Source of the DNA: Macrostomum lignano | Lineage: Eukaryota | Length of the DNA: 64,000 bases | Direction of reading: 5' to 3' | NCBI GenBank assembly: GCA_002269645.1 | Contig: NIVC01000105.1 | Coordinates: 39,992-103,991, forward strand | In this document: positions 11,526 through 20,094 of the stretch, piece by piece | Layout: every line of letters begins with the position of its first letter | Numbering within the stretch: position 1 is the first letter of the stretch | Notes under the pieces: model-generated | Database searches by the model: none | Told to the model about the DNA's origin: nothing | Seen by the model: only the letters and a program-made list of their open reading frames with translations | Position numbers and translations under genes: made by a program

Positions 11526-13163
11526 ATGCAGAAGTTGCAGCTAGCGCTCACTCAGTCCACATCTCACGGACTGCCTAGAGTGGTCTCAAACAAGCCCATC
11601 TACGTGAGAATAGCCTGGCTGTTACTCTTTCTGCTCATGTTTAGCCTCTTCCTAAAGAGCTTCTTCGACTTTGTCAACAAGCTTAAATCTCAGTTGGTGA
11701 CGTCTTCTATTGAATCGCGGAGCGAGAAGTTCCAGCTCCCGGATGTGTACGCTTGCTTTGAGAATCCTGTGTCTGGAAGCTATTCCGGTAACATTGGTGG
11801 CAGCACCGCCAGAGCCATCAATGACAGCTTCAATAGTCTAGATGAAGAGCTAAGGAACATTAAAGTTAAACACGGATTTACTCAGAAGCAGCTGCAAGCG
11901 CTTGTCATGCAAAACAGTTTCGCCTACGTGTTTAGTCTGCCCTACAAACTGCTATTCGACAGTCTGACTCACCGAGTCGAGCAGAGCGTCATATCTAGCA
12001 GTGTCAGCTTCATCAGCGCCAACGGAGAGCTGAGACGAGCTGAATTGGAAGCCAATGAGTTCAACCATCCGCAGTACCTTCGCTGTCTGCAGTGGGCCAT
12101 CAACAGCACCTGGCAGGAGAAAATTATCTCAGACGAGTCGTGGGCCGGACTCACGGTCACTTTGCTTCTAGATAACAACTCGTCCTTCGTAAAGTCAGGA
12201 GGATACCCGATTCCGCTGAAGGCTTTTCGACAAGACGGCACAGGCGTACCAGTCTCTGACTGGACTATGTCAGAGAAAGGTTACTCAGAAGCTGACAGAG
12301 TGGCAGGGCTGAGGGTGTTTTTGAGTCCAGCTGGAGAGTACCCGTCGGATTTTGTGAACTCATTCGTTTTAAGTCCAGGAAAATTCCACTTGATCAAGAT
12401 AGAACAGATTCGGAACGTACTCGCCGAAAATCAGTTCGATTGTGTTAAAAGCCGGCACGAAGTTCAGTTCGCCAACCCGTACGATCTCTCAAAGTACAGT
12501 CACTCGTACAGCTACTCCTACTGCTACTACTATGAGTACCACAAGCTTTTCCAGCAGTTCTTCAATCTGTCTGGCGAAATAAGTCCACTTCCGTGGCCTC
12601 TAAGAAGTAGGAAGTATCTATACAACTTTTCTAGTTCACCAAATTACATGGATTTGGATCCGTCTGTGTTGATCAATCAGGCAACCATTACAGAAAAGGT
12701 TCGACAAACCTGTTTGACAAAACAGCCTTGCAGCACACTGGACTACAGCACCAGCATCTCTGGCGCTGACTGGCCTACTCAGAGCTCCCTTGCTTCCTTC
12801 ATCAACAGCTCAGTGAGACAGGCCTGGACTCGAGCGAATTCCAGGAACCTCAGTGTACCTGCGCTTGACTTTCTGATGAATGGGAAGGCATCCGATGTGG
12901 CCGCATATGCTCGAGAAAACCTGTTGAAGGTGCACTTTAAACCTAAGAGCATTAGAAGTGACAAGATAACTTTCTCCATTGACTACGGTGTTTCTAACTT
13001 TGTATCGGATGTTGGCGGCATCATGGGGATCTATTTGGGCATGTCGCTGCTGACTCTTTGCGAACTGCTAGAGCTGCTGTTCGACCTTGCTGCCTGGAGT
13101 TACTCAAAGAGCGATAAAGTCAAGTCGGCTTCGGAAGAAACTGATCCTGAGACAGCGACTTGA
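11526..13163 (+). CDS. DEG/ENaC-family ion channel subunit, copy 5 (545 aa from ATG 11526, single exon)
   Basis: The ORF-track start at 11493 is non-ATG. ATG at 11526 (MQKLQLAL) aligns with paralog starts. STSHGLPR, FQLPDVYAC, YLRCLQW, GADWP, TM2 FVSDVGGIMGIYLGMSLLTLCE. Confidence 0.92.
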   Translation: MQKLQLALTQSTSHGLPRVVSNKPIYVRIAWLLLFLLMFSLFLKSFFDFVNKLKSQLVTSSIESRSEKFQLPDVYACFENPVSGSYSGNIGGSTARAINDSFNSLDEELRNIKVKHGFTQKQLQALVMQNSFAYVFSLPYKLLFDSLTHRVEQSVISSSVSFISANGELRRAELEANEFNHPQYLRCLQWAINSTWQEKIISDESWAGLTVTLLLDNNSSFVKSGGYPIPLKAFRQDGTGVPVSDWTMSEKGYSEADRVAGLRVFLSPAGEYPSDFVNSFVLSPGKFHLIKIEQIRNVLAENQFDCVKSRHEVQFANPYDLSKYSHSYSYSYCYYYEYHKLFQQFFNLSGEISPLPWPLRSRKYLYNFSSSPNYMDLDPSVLINQATITEKVRQTCLTKQPCSTLDYSTSISGADWPTQSSLASFINSSVRQAWTRANSRNLSVPALDFLMNGKASDVAAYARENLLKVHFKPKSIRSDKITFSIDYGVSNFVSDVGGIMGIYLGMSLLTLCELLELLFDLAAWSYSKSDKVKSASEETDPETAT

Positions 13164-14445
13164 CAGTCTTTGCCTAATATTTGCTACCATGACGGGTGGC
13201 CTTGGTATTGTATAAATAATTTGTTTATTGTTTACGAATCCTTGACTAAAATTTGATGTAAAATGAGCTGGAAGAGGCCTGCTATTGACCTCTTTTGTAA
13301 CTCAGAATGTATGCATTCTGATGCTGATGTCAGCATTCTCGGAGCCTACCGACAGTAGTGACTGTTGTTGCGGTTTCGATTCGGACATGTTGGACTCTCA
13401 TCCCAGACCAGTTGTAGCATAAATAAAAAAAGTAGTGCGATGCGGTGGTTTTGTTGTTTGTCGAGTCTTGTGTGAAATTTGAAAGATTGCGTGAGGATCT
13501 TGAAGATTTCGGTGGCATGTGCTGGTTAATAATACATTGTAAATCAGCTCACTGAAATTTTCTGAAGTTTGTGGGCGTTATAACAAAATACTCCTTTGTT
13601 AAAACGAATTAACATACGGTAAGTAATATGAAATGTCAATATGTCATACTAATTAAATGCTGATAAACTAATGATGCCGTATTATTTTTGAGGAACTTGC
13701 AAAATAATCTCATGACACACATTCTAGGAAAGTTTTTAAATTTAACGTGGTACTTTAGTGAGATTTTTCTTAAATTGTACAGTACGGTACGCCACAAAAT
13801 AAAGTACAGCAAGGTACGAGTAAAGCAATATACTAAAAATAAAAAGAAGATATTACTGTATACTAATAAACGCAAGCAGACTGACGCTCCTTACCTATTA
13901 TTTTTGCTTTCTTTTTTCTTCTCTACTAGCAGACAATAGGTCTTAACAGAAGTTTAAAAAGCTCGAAATTTCACACCGGTCAAAAGGAAGAATCGTTCAT
14001 AAGCTAGAGACTTCGCTTGGTCCAAATGTCTTGCTAGTTTCTTCCGTTAACGAAATTAACGAAATTTTGGGCTTGTAAAAGCAACTCGCCTAAATGAGTA
14101 TTATTTGACTAATGTGACTTGGGCTCCAGAAACTTGTGTTAGCTAACTAGCAATAATATCAATCAAACAAATTGGTTTACCAAAATGAAACTCATAGATG
14201 GAACTTAAGACGTCAGCACACAGCATCTGTTAGTCTAGATAATACTATACAAATATACTAGACGTTGTTCGCGGATGTAATTAATATTTGGCTATAGATA
14301 CCCTGACTGCAGGCTAATCAAATTCTCGAGAGTACCAAAGCAGACAAGCAGAGCAAACATTGTTGACCCTATAAGAGAAAACCCTAGGATCAAAACGAGA
14401 CAGAATATAATATATCGAATTCGTGGAAACAGAGTCTGCAAAATT

Positions 14446-16128
14446 ATGCAGCAGGTTAAGCTCGCCCTAACTCAAACGACTGCTCACGGACTGCCAAGAG
14501 TTCTCTCAAGCAAGCCAATCTATGTTAGAGTGGCTTGGCTACTTCTGTTCTTGCTCATGTTTGGTTTGTTTCTAGAGAGCTTCTGCAAGTTTGTCACTAA
14601 GCTGAGGTCCCGAAAAGTGACGAGTTCAATCGAATGGGAAGGCGAGAAGTTCCAGTTCCCGGATGTGTACATGTGCTTTGAGAATCCAGTGTCGGGCAGC
14701 TACTCCAGTTTCATGGACAGCAACACTGTGGTGGCAATCAATGATAGCTTTAGCCAATGCGTGGCCCAGCTGAAGCAGTTTGCGAATAAGCATAATTTCA
14801 GCGACGAATACACGGAACAAATAATCGCTAATAGCAGCTTAATGTTTTTACAAGGTCTACCATACAAGTTGCTATTCGACAAGCTGGCTCACAGAGTCGA
14901 ACAAAGCGTCATTTCAAGCAGCATTATGTATCTACACGAAACTGGACTGCCAACTTATGTTTCAGTAGAAACCAAGGCATTCAACCATCCGCTGTATCTT
15001 CGCTGCCTAAAGTGGACTATCAACAGTACACTGCAAGATAAAGTGACCGCGTCCGAGTACTGGGCGGGACTCACTGTTACTCTGCTATTGGACACAAACT
15101 CGTCCTTTGTAAAACCTAGCCGTAGTCATCTTTCTTTGTGGAAAACCGGCTTCCCAGACGGCACAGAGATCCCAGTGTCCGACTGGCTGCTGTCAGTGAA
15201 CGGCTTTGCAGAACCGGACAGATTGGCTGCAGTGAAGCTTTTTCTAAGCCCACCTGGCGAGTATCCGTCTGAATTTGTGAGCTCCTTCTCGCTGAGTCCT
15301 GGGAAATATCACACCGTCGAAATTGAAATGGTTAGAAATTTATTCACAGAGAACCAGTTTGACTGTCTGCCCCAACTGTCCGAAGTTCATTTTACGAATC
15401 CTTACGACCTGTCTGCGTACAGCCATGCGTACAGTTATTCTTACTGCTACTACTATGAGTACCATCGGCAGTTTCAATCGACTTACAATATCTCTGGCTT
15501 AATAAACCCTCTACCATGGCAACTAAGGAATCGTAACTATTTGTATAATTGTTCGGCTACGATAAACTATTTGACGATGGATGTCAAAAACGGTTTCCTT
15601 TCAGCAGCGATCCAGAGTGTGTCAGGCAATGTTCGGACTGCATGCAAAGGAAAACGACTTTGCAGCACACTGGACTACAGTGCCAGCATCTCCAGTGCCG
15701 ACTGGCCGACTCAAAGCTCTCTGAATTCGTTTATCAGTTTCTCTGTGAGGCAGGCCTGGTCAAGAGCCAAGGCCAGAAACCTTAGCGTACCTGCGCTCGA
15801 CTTTCTCATGACTGGCAACGCATCGAGTGTTGCCACCTATGTTCGCGACAACTTGCTTAAAGTTCACATTAAACCAGGTTGCGTTATGTGCAATAAGATC
15901 ACGTTTTCTATTGACTATAACTTCTCAAGTTTCGTCTCAGAGGTAGGCGGCATCATGGGAATTTATCTGGGCATGTCGCTGCTGACTCTGTGCGAGCTGC
16001 TCGAGCTGCTTCACGACATTATTGTATGGTATTGTAAAAGGGTCGATCGGGTGTCTTCTAAGGAGCGAGATTCTGATGGCAAAACTTCTGCATCATCCGT
16101 ATCTGTTGTTGAAATCGACATGGACTGA
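14446..16128 (+). CDS. DEG/ENaC-family ion channel subunit, copy 6 (560 aa, single exon)
   Basis: TTAHGLPR, FQFPDVYMC, YLRCLKW, YSYSYC, SADWP, TM2 FVSEVGGIMGIYLGMSLLTLCE. Confidence 0.93.
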   Translation: MQQVKLALTQTTAHGLPRVLSSKPIYVRVAWLLLFLLMFGLFLESFCKFVTKLRSRKVTSSIEWEGEKFQFPDVYMCFENPVSGSYSSFMDSNTVVAINDSFSQCVAQLKQFANKHNFSDEYTEQIIANSSLMFLQGLPYKLLFDKLAHRVEQSVISSSIMYLHETGLPTYVSVETKAFNHPLYLRCLKWTINSTLQDKVTASEYWAGLTVTLLLDTNSSFVKPSRSHLSLWKTGFPDGTEIPVSDWLLSVNGFAEPDRLAAVKLFLSPPGEYPSEFVSSFSLSPGKYHTVEIEMVRNLFTENQFDCLPQLSEVHFTNPYDLSAYSHAYSYSYCYYYEYHRQFQSTYNISGLINPLPWQLRNRNYLYNCSATINYLTMDVKNGFLSAAIQSVSGNVRTACKGKRLCSTLDYSASISSADWPTQSSLNSFISFSVRQAWSRAKARNLSVPALDFLMTGNASSVATYVRDNLLKVHIKPGCVMCNKITFSIDYNFSSFVSEVGGIMGIYLGMSLLTLCELLELLHDIIVWYCKRVDRVSSKERDSDGKTSASSVSVVEIDMD

Positions 16129-16399
16129 CGGCCAAATACGAGCGTTCCTTCGATTTAAAAAATCGAAGATATACATTCAACTAATACTACTTCTTTTGAA
16201 GCGAAAAAAAAATTAGATTGATGCATTGCAATTAAATGAAATTGCTCATGGTTTCAAACTCGCATTACGCAACAGAGAAAAAATTTCGAGCAGCTTTTAA
16301 CTTTTTTTGCTCACACGTTATGGAGACTAGGTTTCATGAAGTAAGATATTTGTAAAGTTTAAGGTTTGTGTGGTTTTGAGTATGTGAATTTTAGGGTTT

Positions 16400-16975
16400 G
16401 TGAATCTAGTGGTTTGTGAAGTTTATGTTTGTGAAGTTTAGGGTTTGTGAAGTCTAGGTTTTTTGAAATCATAGATAGGGTTTTTGAAGTCTAGGGTTTG
16501 TGAAGTCTAAGGTTTGTGAAGTCTAGGGTTTGTGAAGTGTAGGATTTGTGAAGAATAGGGTTTGTTAAGTCTAGGGTTTGTGAAGAATAGGGTTTGTGAA
16601 GGCTTGGGTTTGTGAAGTCTAGGGTTTGTGAAGAATAGGGTTTGTGAAGTCTAGGGTTTGTAAAGTCTAGGGTTTGTGAAGTCTAGGGTTTGTGAAGAAT
16701 AGGGTTTGTGAAGAATAGGGTTTGTTAAGTCTAGGGTTTGTAAAGTCTAGGGTTTGTGAAGAATAGGGTTTGTGAAGTCTACGGTTCGTGAAGTCTAGGG
16801 TTTGTGAAGAATAGGGTTTGTGAAGGCTTGGGTTTGTGAAGTCTAGGGTTTGTGAAGAATAGGGTTTGTGAAGTCTACGGTTCGTGAAGTCTAGGGTTTG
16901 TGAAGAATAGGGTTTGTGAAGGCTTGGGTTTGTGAAGGCTAGGGTTTGTAAAGTCTAGGGTTTGTGAAGTTTAGG
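16400..16975 (+). repeat. 16-bp telomere-like minisatellite TAGGGTTTGTGAAG(TC/AA), about 35 units
   Basis: Tandem units read directly. The array degenerates toward its left edge. Confidence 0.9.
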
Positions 16976-17024
16976 GCCGTGCCATCTATCGCCCATCTCC
17001 TCACAAAAACAGGCCCTCTCAAAA

Positions 17025-17215
17025 AACCAAGAGATTGGGACGCCCACCAAGAGACAGGGGCGCCCACCATGAGACAGGGACGCCCACCAAGAGACAGGGA
17101 CGCGCGCCCACCAAGAGACAGGGGTGCCCACCAAGAGACAGGGGCGCCCACCAGAGACAGGGGCGCCCACCAAGAGACAGGGGCGCCCACCAGAGACAGG
17201 GGCGCCCACCAAGAG
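17025..17215 (+). repeat. 19-20-bp minisatellite CCAAGAGACAGGGGCGCCCA
   Basis: About 9 tandem imperfect units, with degenerate copies continuing to about 17285. Confidence 0.85.
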
Positions 17216-17916
17216 CTGTCAAACAAAAGGCAGGGATGCCCAACAAGAGACTGAGCCGCTCACCATAAAGAGACAGGGTCGCCCATCTGTCTTTAATCTT
17301 CGCCCTACAAACTTTTAGAAAATTCAATCAAACAAGATAAGAAAGTTTTAGATTCTTGAGGTCTGAAGACTATAATTCAAAATAATGTTGAGAAAATACA
17401 GCTATGAAGTTTCATGTAACCAGGAATAATTTCGACAGCGATTCCGTCAAAAAAATGTCAAACAGGTGATTTATTGCAATCTTTTTTGTTGACACGCGTG
17501 TTTATTATAGCTCATGATTAGTGAGTCCATAGCCAGACATATCAGGCTCTTAAAGTGTAACATTGATGCGTTTACATAAGCAGCGAATAGGGAAAGGTTT
17601 CTGCATTATCACAAAGCAAACAACGGAAAAATTAATAAATTGGCTCATGGGACAAAGTAAATTTGTTCTTATCAATACTGGCTCATGGATTGGATCAAGC
17701 TTGATTGCCTGCCCAACTTGAATGAGTTATGGTCTGGCGCTTATTAGTTCTATCTAGAGCAGCAAGCAAATCATCGAAGTCGTTGGAACTGTGTCCACAC
17801 ACACGGAGAGTTGACACAGTGGATAGAAAACTAGACGTAAAAATCCCATGACTAGTTTAAGGAACTCGCTGCAGACGCAATATAACTGCATTGGTGTAGC
17901 CCTTGAAACACTGAAC

Positions 17917-19614
17917 ATGACAGACGACATGCAACAGCTAAAGAGTGCTTTGAGCTCTACGACGTCGCATGGACTGCCTAGAATTGTCTCGAACAGGCCT
18001 GTCTATGTCAGGGTTGCCTGGCTTCTTCTGTTTCTGCTCATGTTCAGCCTGTTTCTCAAGAGCTTCTCCGAGTTTGTCATCAAGCTGAAATCGCAGAAAG
18101 TGACCAGCTCTATTGAATCGGAGAGCGAGAAGTTTCAATTCCCGGACCTGTACATGTGTTTTGAAAACCCGTTCTCTGCCAGCTACTCGGGAAATATTGG
18201 CCTCAGCACTGCGGCAGCAATCAATTATACATTTAACCGCTGGGAGAGTCAGTATCGAGCTTTATTAGAATACTTTAATATAACTGGACCAGATGCGGCA
18301 GAAAACGTTCGTGACAATAGTCTGCTGGCCCTGCAAGGTCTGCCCTACAAGCTGCTCTTCGACAAGTTCGCTCACAGAGTCGAACAGAGCGTCATCGAAA
18401 GCAACATAATCTACATTCAGGAAAATGGAACTCCAGGTTCCGCAGCCATAAAATCTACTGAGTTCAATCATCCGATGTACCTCCGGTGTCTCCAATGGAC
18501 CATTAACAGTACCTGGCAGGGGAAAATGACAACAGCTGAGTCTTGGGCGGGACTTACAGTCACCATTCTGTTGGACACTAATTCGTCTTTATTGGAGTCC
18601 GCAGGTTATCCACCGATCCCAAGGACTTATTTCAAAGGCGGCACTGAGATCCCAGTATCTGACTGGCTCTTGTCGATGAATGGCTACACTCAGGCGGACA
18701 GAGTCACTGGACTAAAGGTGTTCTTGAGCCCGCCTGGCGAGTACCCGTCCGACTTTGTGAGTTCATTCTCATTGGGACCAGGGAAATTTCACTCCGTCGA
18801 GATCGAAATGATTCGAAGTGCTTTCAAAGAGGATCAGTTCGACTGTCTTACCAAGCAACCTGAAGTTGAGTTTACGAATCCTTACGATCTGTCTGCGTAC
18901 AGCCATGCGTACAGTTATTCTTACTGCTACTACTATGAGTACCATAAGCAAGCGCAACAGCTTTACAACCTATCCGGCAACATTAACCCGTTACCGTGGC
19001 CTCTGAGGCATAAGAAATACTTTTACAACGTAACAAATACACCAAATTGTTTTACATACTATTTTTTGGGAAAATTTTACGAAGAGGATCCTAATTTTTC
19101 GGATAAAATCCGAATTGCCTGCAAAGGGAGGCGACTTTGCGAAGCAACGGATTACAGTGCCAGCATCTCCAGCGCTGACTGGCCTACACAGAGCTCTCTG
19201 TCTGCTTTCATCAACACCTCAGTGAGGCATGCGTGGGCAACAGCAAAGTCCAGGAACCTCAGCGTACCTGCACTCGACTTTCTCATGACTGGCAACGCAT
19301 CGAGCGTAGCCTCGTATGTGCAGAGCAACCTTCTCAAAGTCTATTTCAAGCCAAGATGCCTGATGTGCAACAGAATCTTTTTCTCTATTGACTACGGATT
19401 CTTGAATTTTGTCTCAGAGGTAGGCGGCGTGATGGGCATCTACTTGGGCATGTCGCTGCTGACACTGTGCGAGCTGCTTGAGCTGCTCTACAGCATTATT
19501 GCCAGCCGTTATTGTGCGAAAGGCGACAATGCTTCGTTAGAAAAAGCTCGGGAACAAACCAACGATGGAACCGTAATGCAGTCGTCATCGAGTTCTACTG
19601 TTTTACCGGCTTAG
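17917..19614 (+). CDS. DEG/ENaC-family ion channel subunit, copy 7 (single exon; start ATG 17917 or 17929, longest ORF from 17848)
   Basis: MQQLKSALSSTTSHGLPR at 17929 aligns with paralog starts. FQFPDLYMC, YLRCLQW, SADWP, TM2 FVSEVGGVMGIYLGMSLLTLCE. The exact start codon is uncertain. Confidence 0.92.
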   Translation: MTDDMQQLKSALSSTTSHGLPRIVSNRPVYVRVAWLLLFLLMFSLFLKSFSEFVIKLKSQKVTSSIESESEKFQFPDLYMCFENPFSASYSGNIGLSTAAAINYTFNRWESQYRALLEYFNITGPDAAENVRDNSLLALQGLPYKLLFDKFAHRVEQSVIESNIIYIQENGTPGSAAIKSTEFNHPMYLRCLQWTINSTWQGKMTTAESWAGLTVTILLDTNSSLLESAGYPPIPRTYFKGGTEIPVSDWLLSMNGYTQADRVTGLKVFLSPPGEYPSDFVSSFSLGPGKFHSVEIEMIRSAFKEDQFDCLTKQPEVEFTNPYDLSAYSHAYSYSYCYYYEYHKQAQQLYNLSGNINPLPWPLRHKKYFYNVTNTPNCFTYYFLGKFYEEDPNFSDKIRIACKGRRLCEATDYSASISSADWPTQSSLSAFINTSVRHAWATAKSRNLSVPALDFLMTGNASSVASYVQSNLLKVYFKPRCLMCNRIFFSIDYGFLNFVSEVGGVMGIYLGMSLLTLCELLELLYSIIASRYCAKGDNASLEKAREQTNDGTVMQSSSSSTVLPA

Positions 19615-20094
19615 ATAAATCCATAACCGTCGCATAGCTACTTACAATATTCAAACTGATCTTGAATCTGTTGTAACGGTGTATTGATTTTTTTCAAAGT
19701 CTACGTTGGGATTCGAAGGCATGTGCATGTACTACGCGTATCTACAATGAATTACATGTACATGTACGAATTAGTATGATGCACGCGGTTTCTACAATGA
19801 TAAAAGGCGATCGTTTTTCCATATAAAAATAAATTTCTTCTATTAACAGCGAACTTTTTAAAAGGAATACTTTTAACTGGACTTTAAAATAATATCTAAT
19901 AATATGGTACATGCACGTTCATTTTACGTGCAACTTTCAAATGCCACGGCTTCTTTTTCCTTTAAGCTACTAGAAACTGTTACGACTCGTAAATGGCACA
20001 CGTGTCCATGTATCATACATGTACGTTAGCAAGCACAAAATTCTTCATGTTTGTTCTTGATTTTAAATAGCTAATTAAAACCGAAAGTGCCTTT

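Noticed and set aside
13330-13518. 62-aa minus-strand ORF starting MPPKSSRS between channel copies 5 and 6
   Set aside because: Short, with no recognisable motif or splice support.
16400-16975. True telomere or chromosome end
   Set aside because: The unit is 16 bp rather than pure TTAGGG and is flanked by genes on both sides.
11493-17928. N-terminal extensions of channel copies 5 (from 11493) and 7 (from 17848)
   Set aside because: Not conserved among paralogs. Downstream ATGs align with the other five starts and the 11493 start is non-ATG.
1239-19337. Short overlapping and antisense ORFs within the channel genes
   Set aside because: Shadow ORFs of GC-rich coding sequence. Their recurrence just mirrors paralog similarity.
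836-19614. Prokaryotic or viral operon interpretation of the intron-free cluster
   Set aside because: Spacers of 0.6-2 kb, animal-type DEG/ENaC motifs, and neighbouring spliceosomal genes, SINE and DNA transposons indicate animal nuclear DNA.
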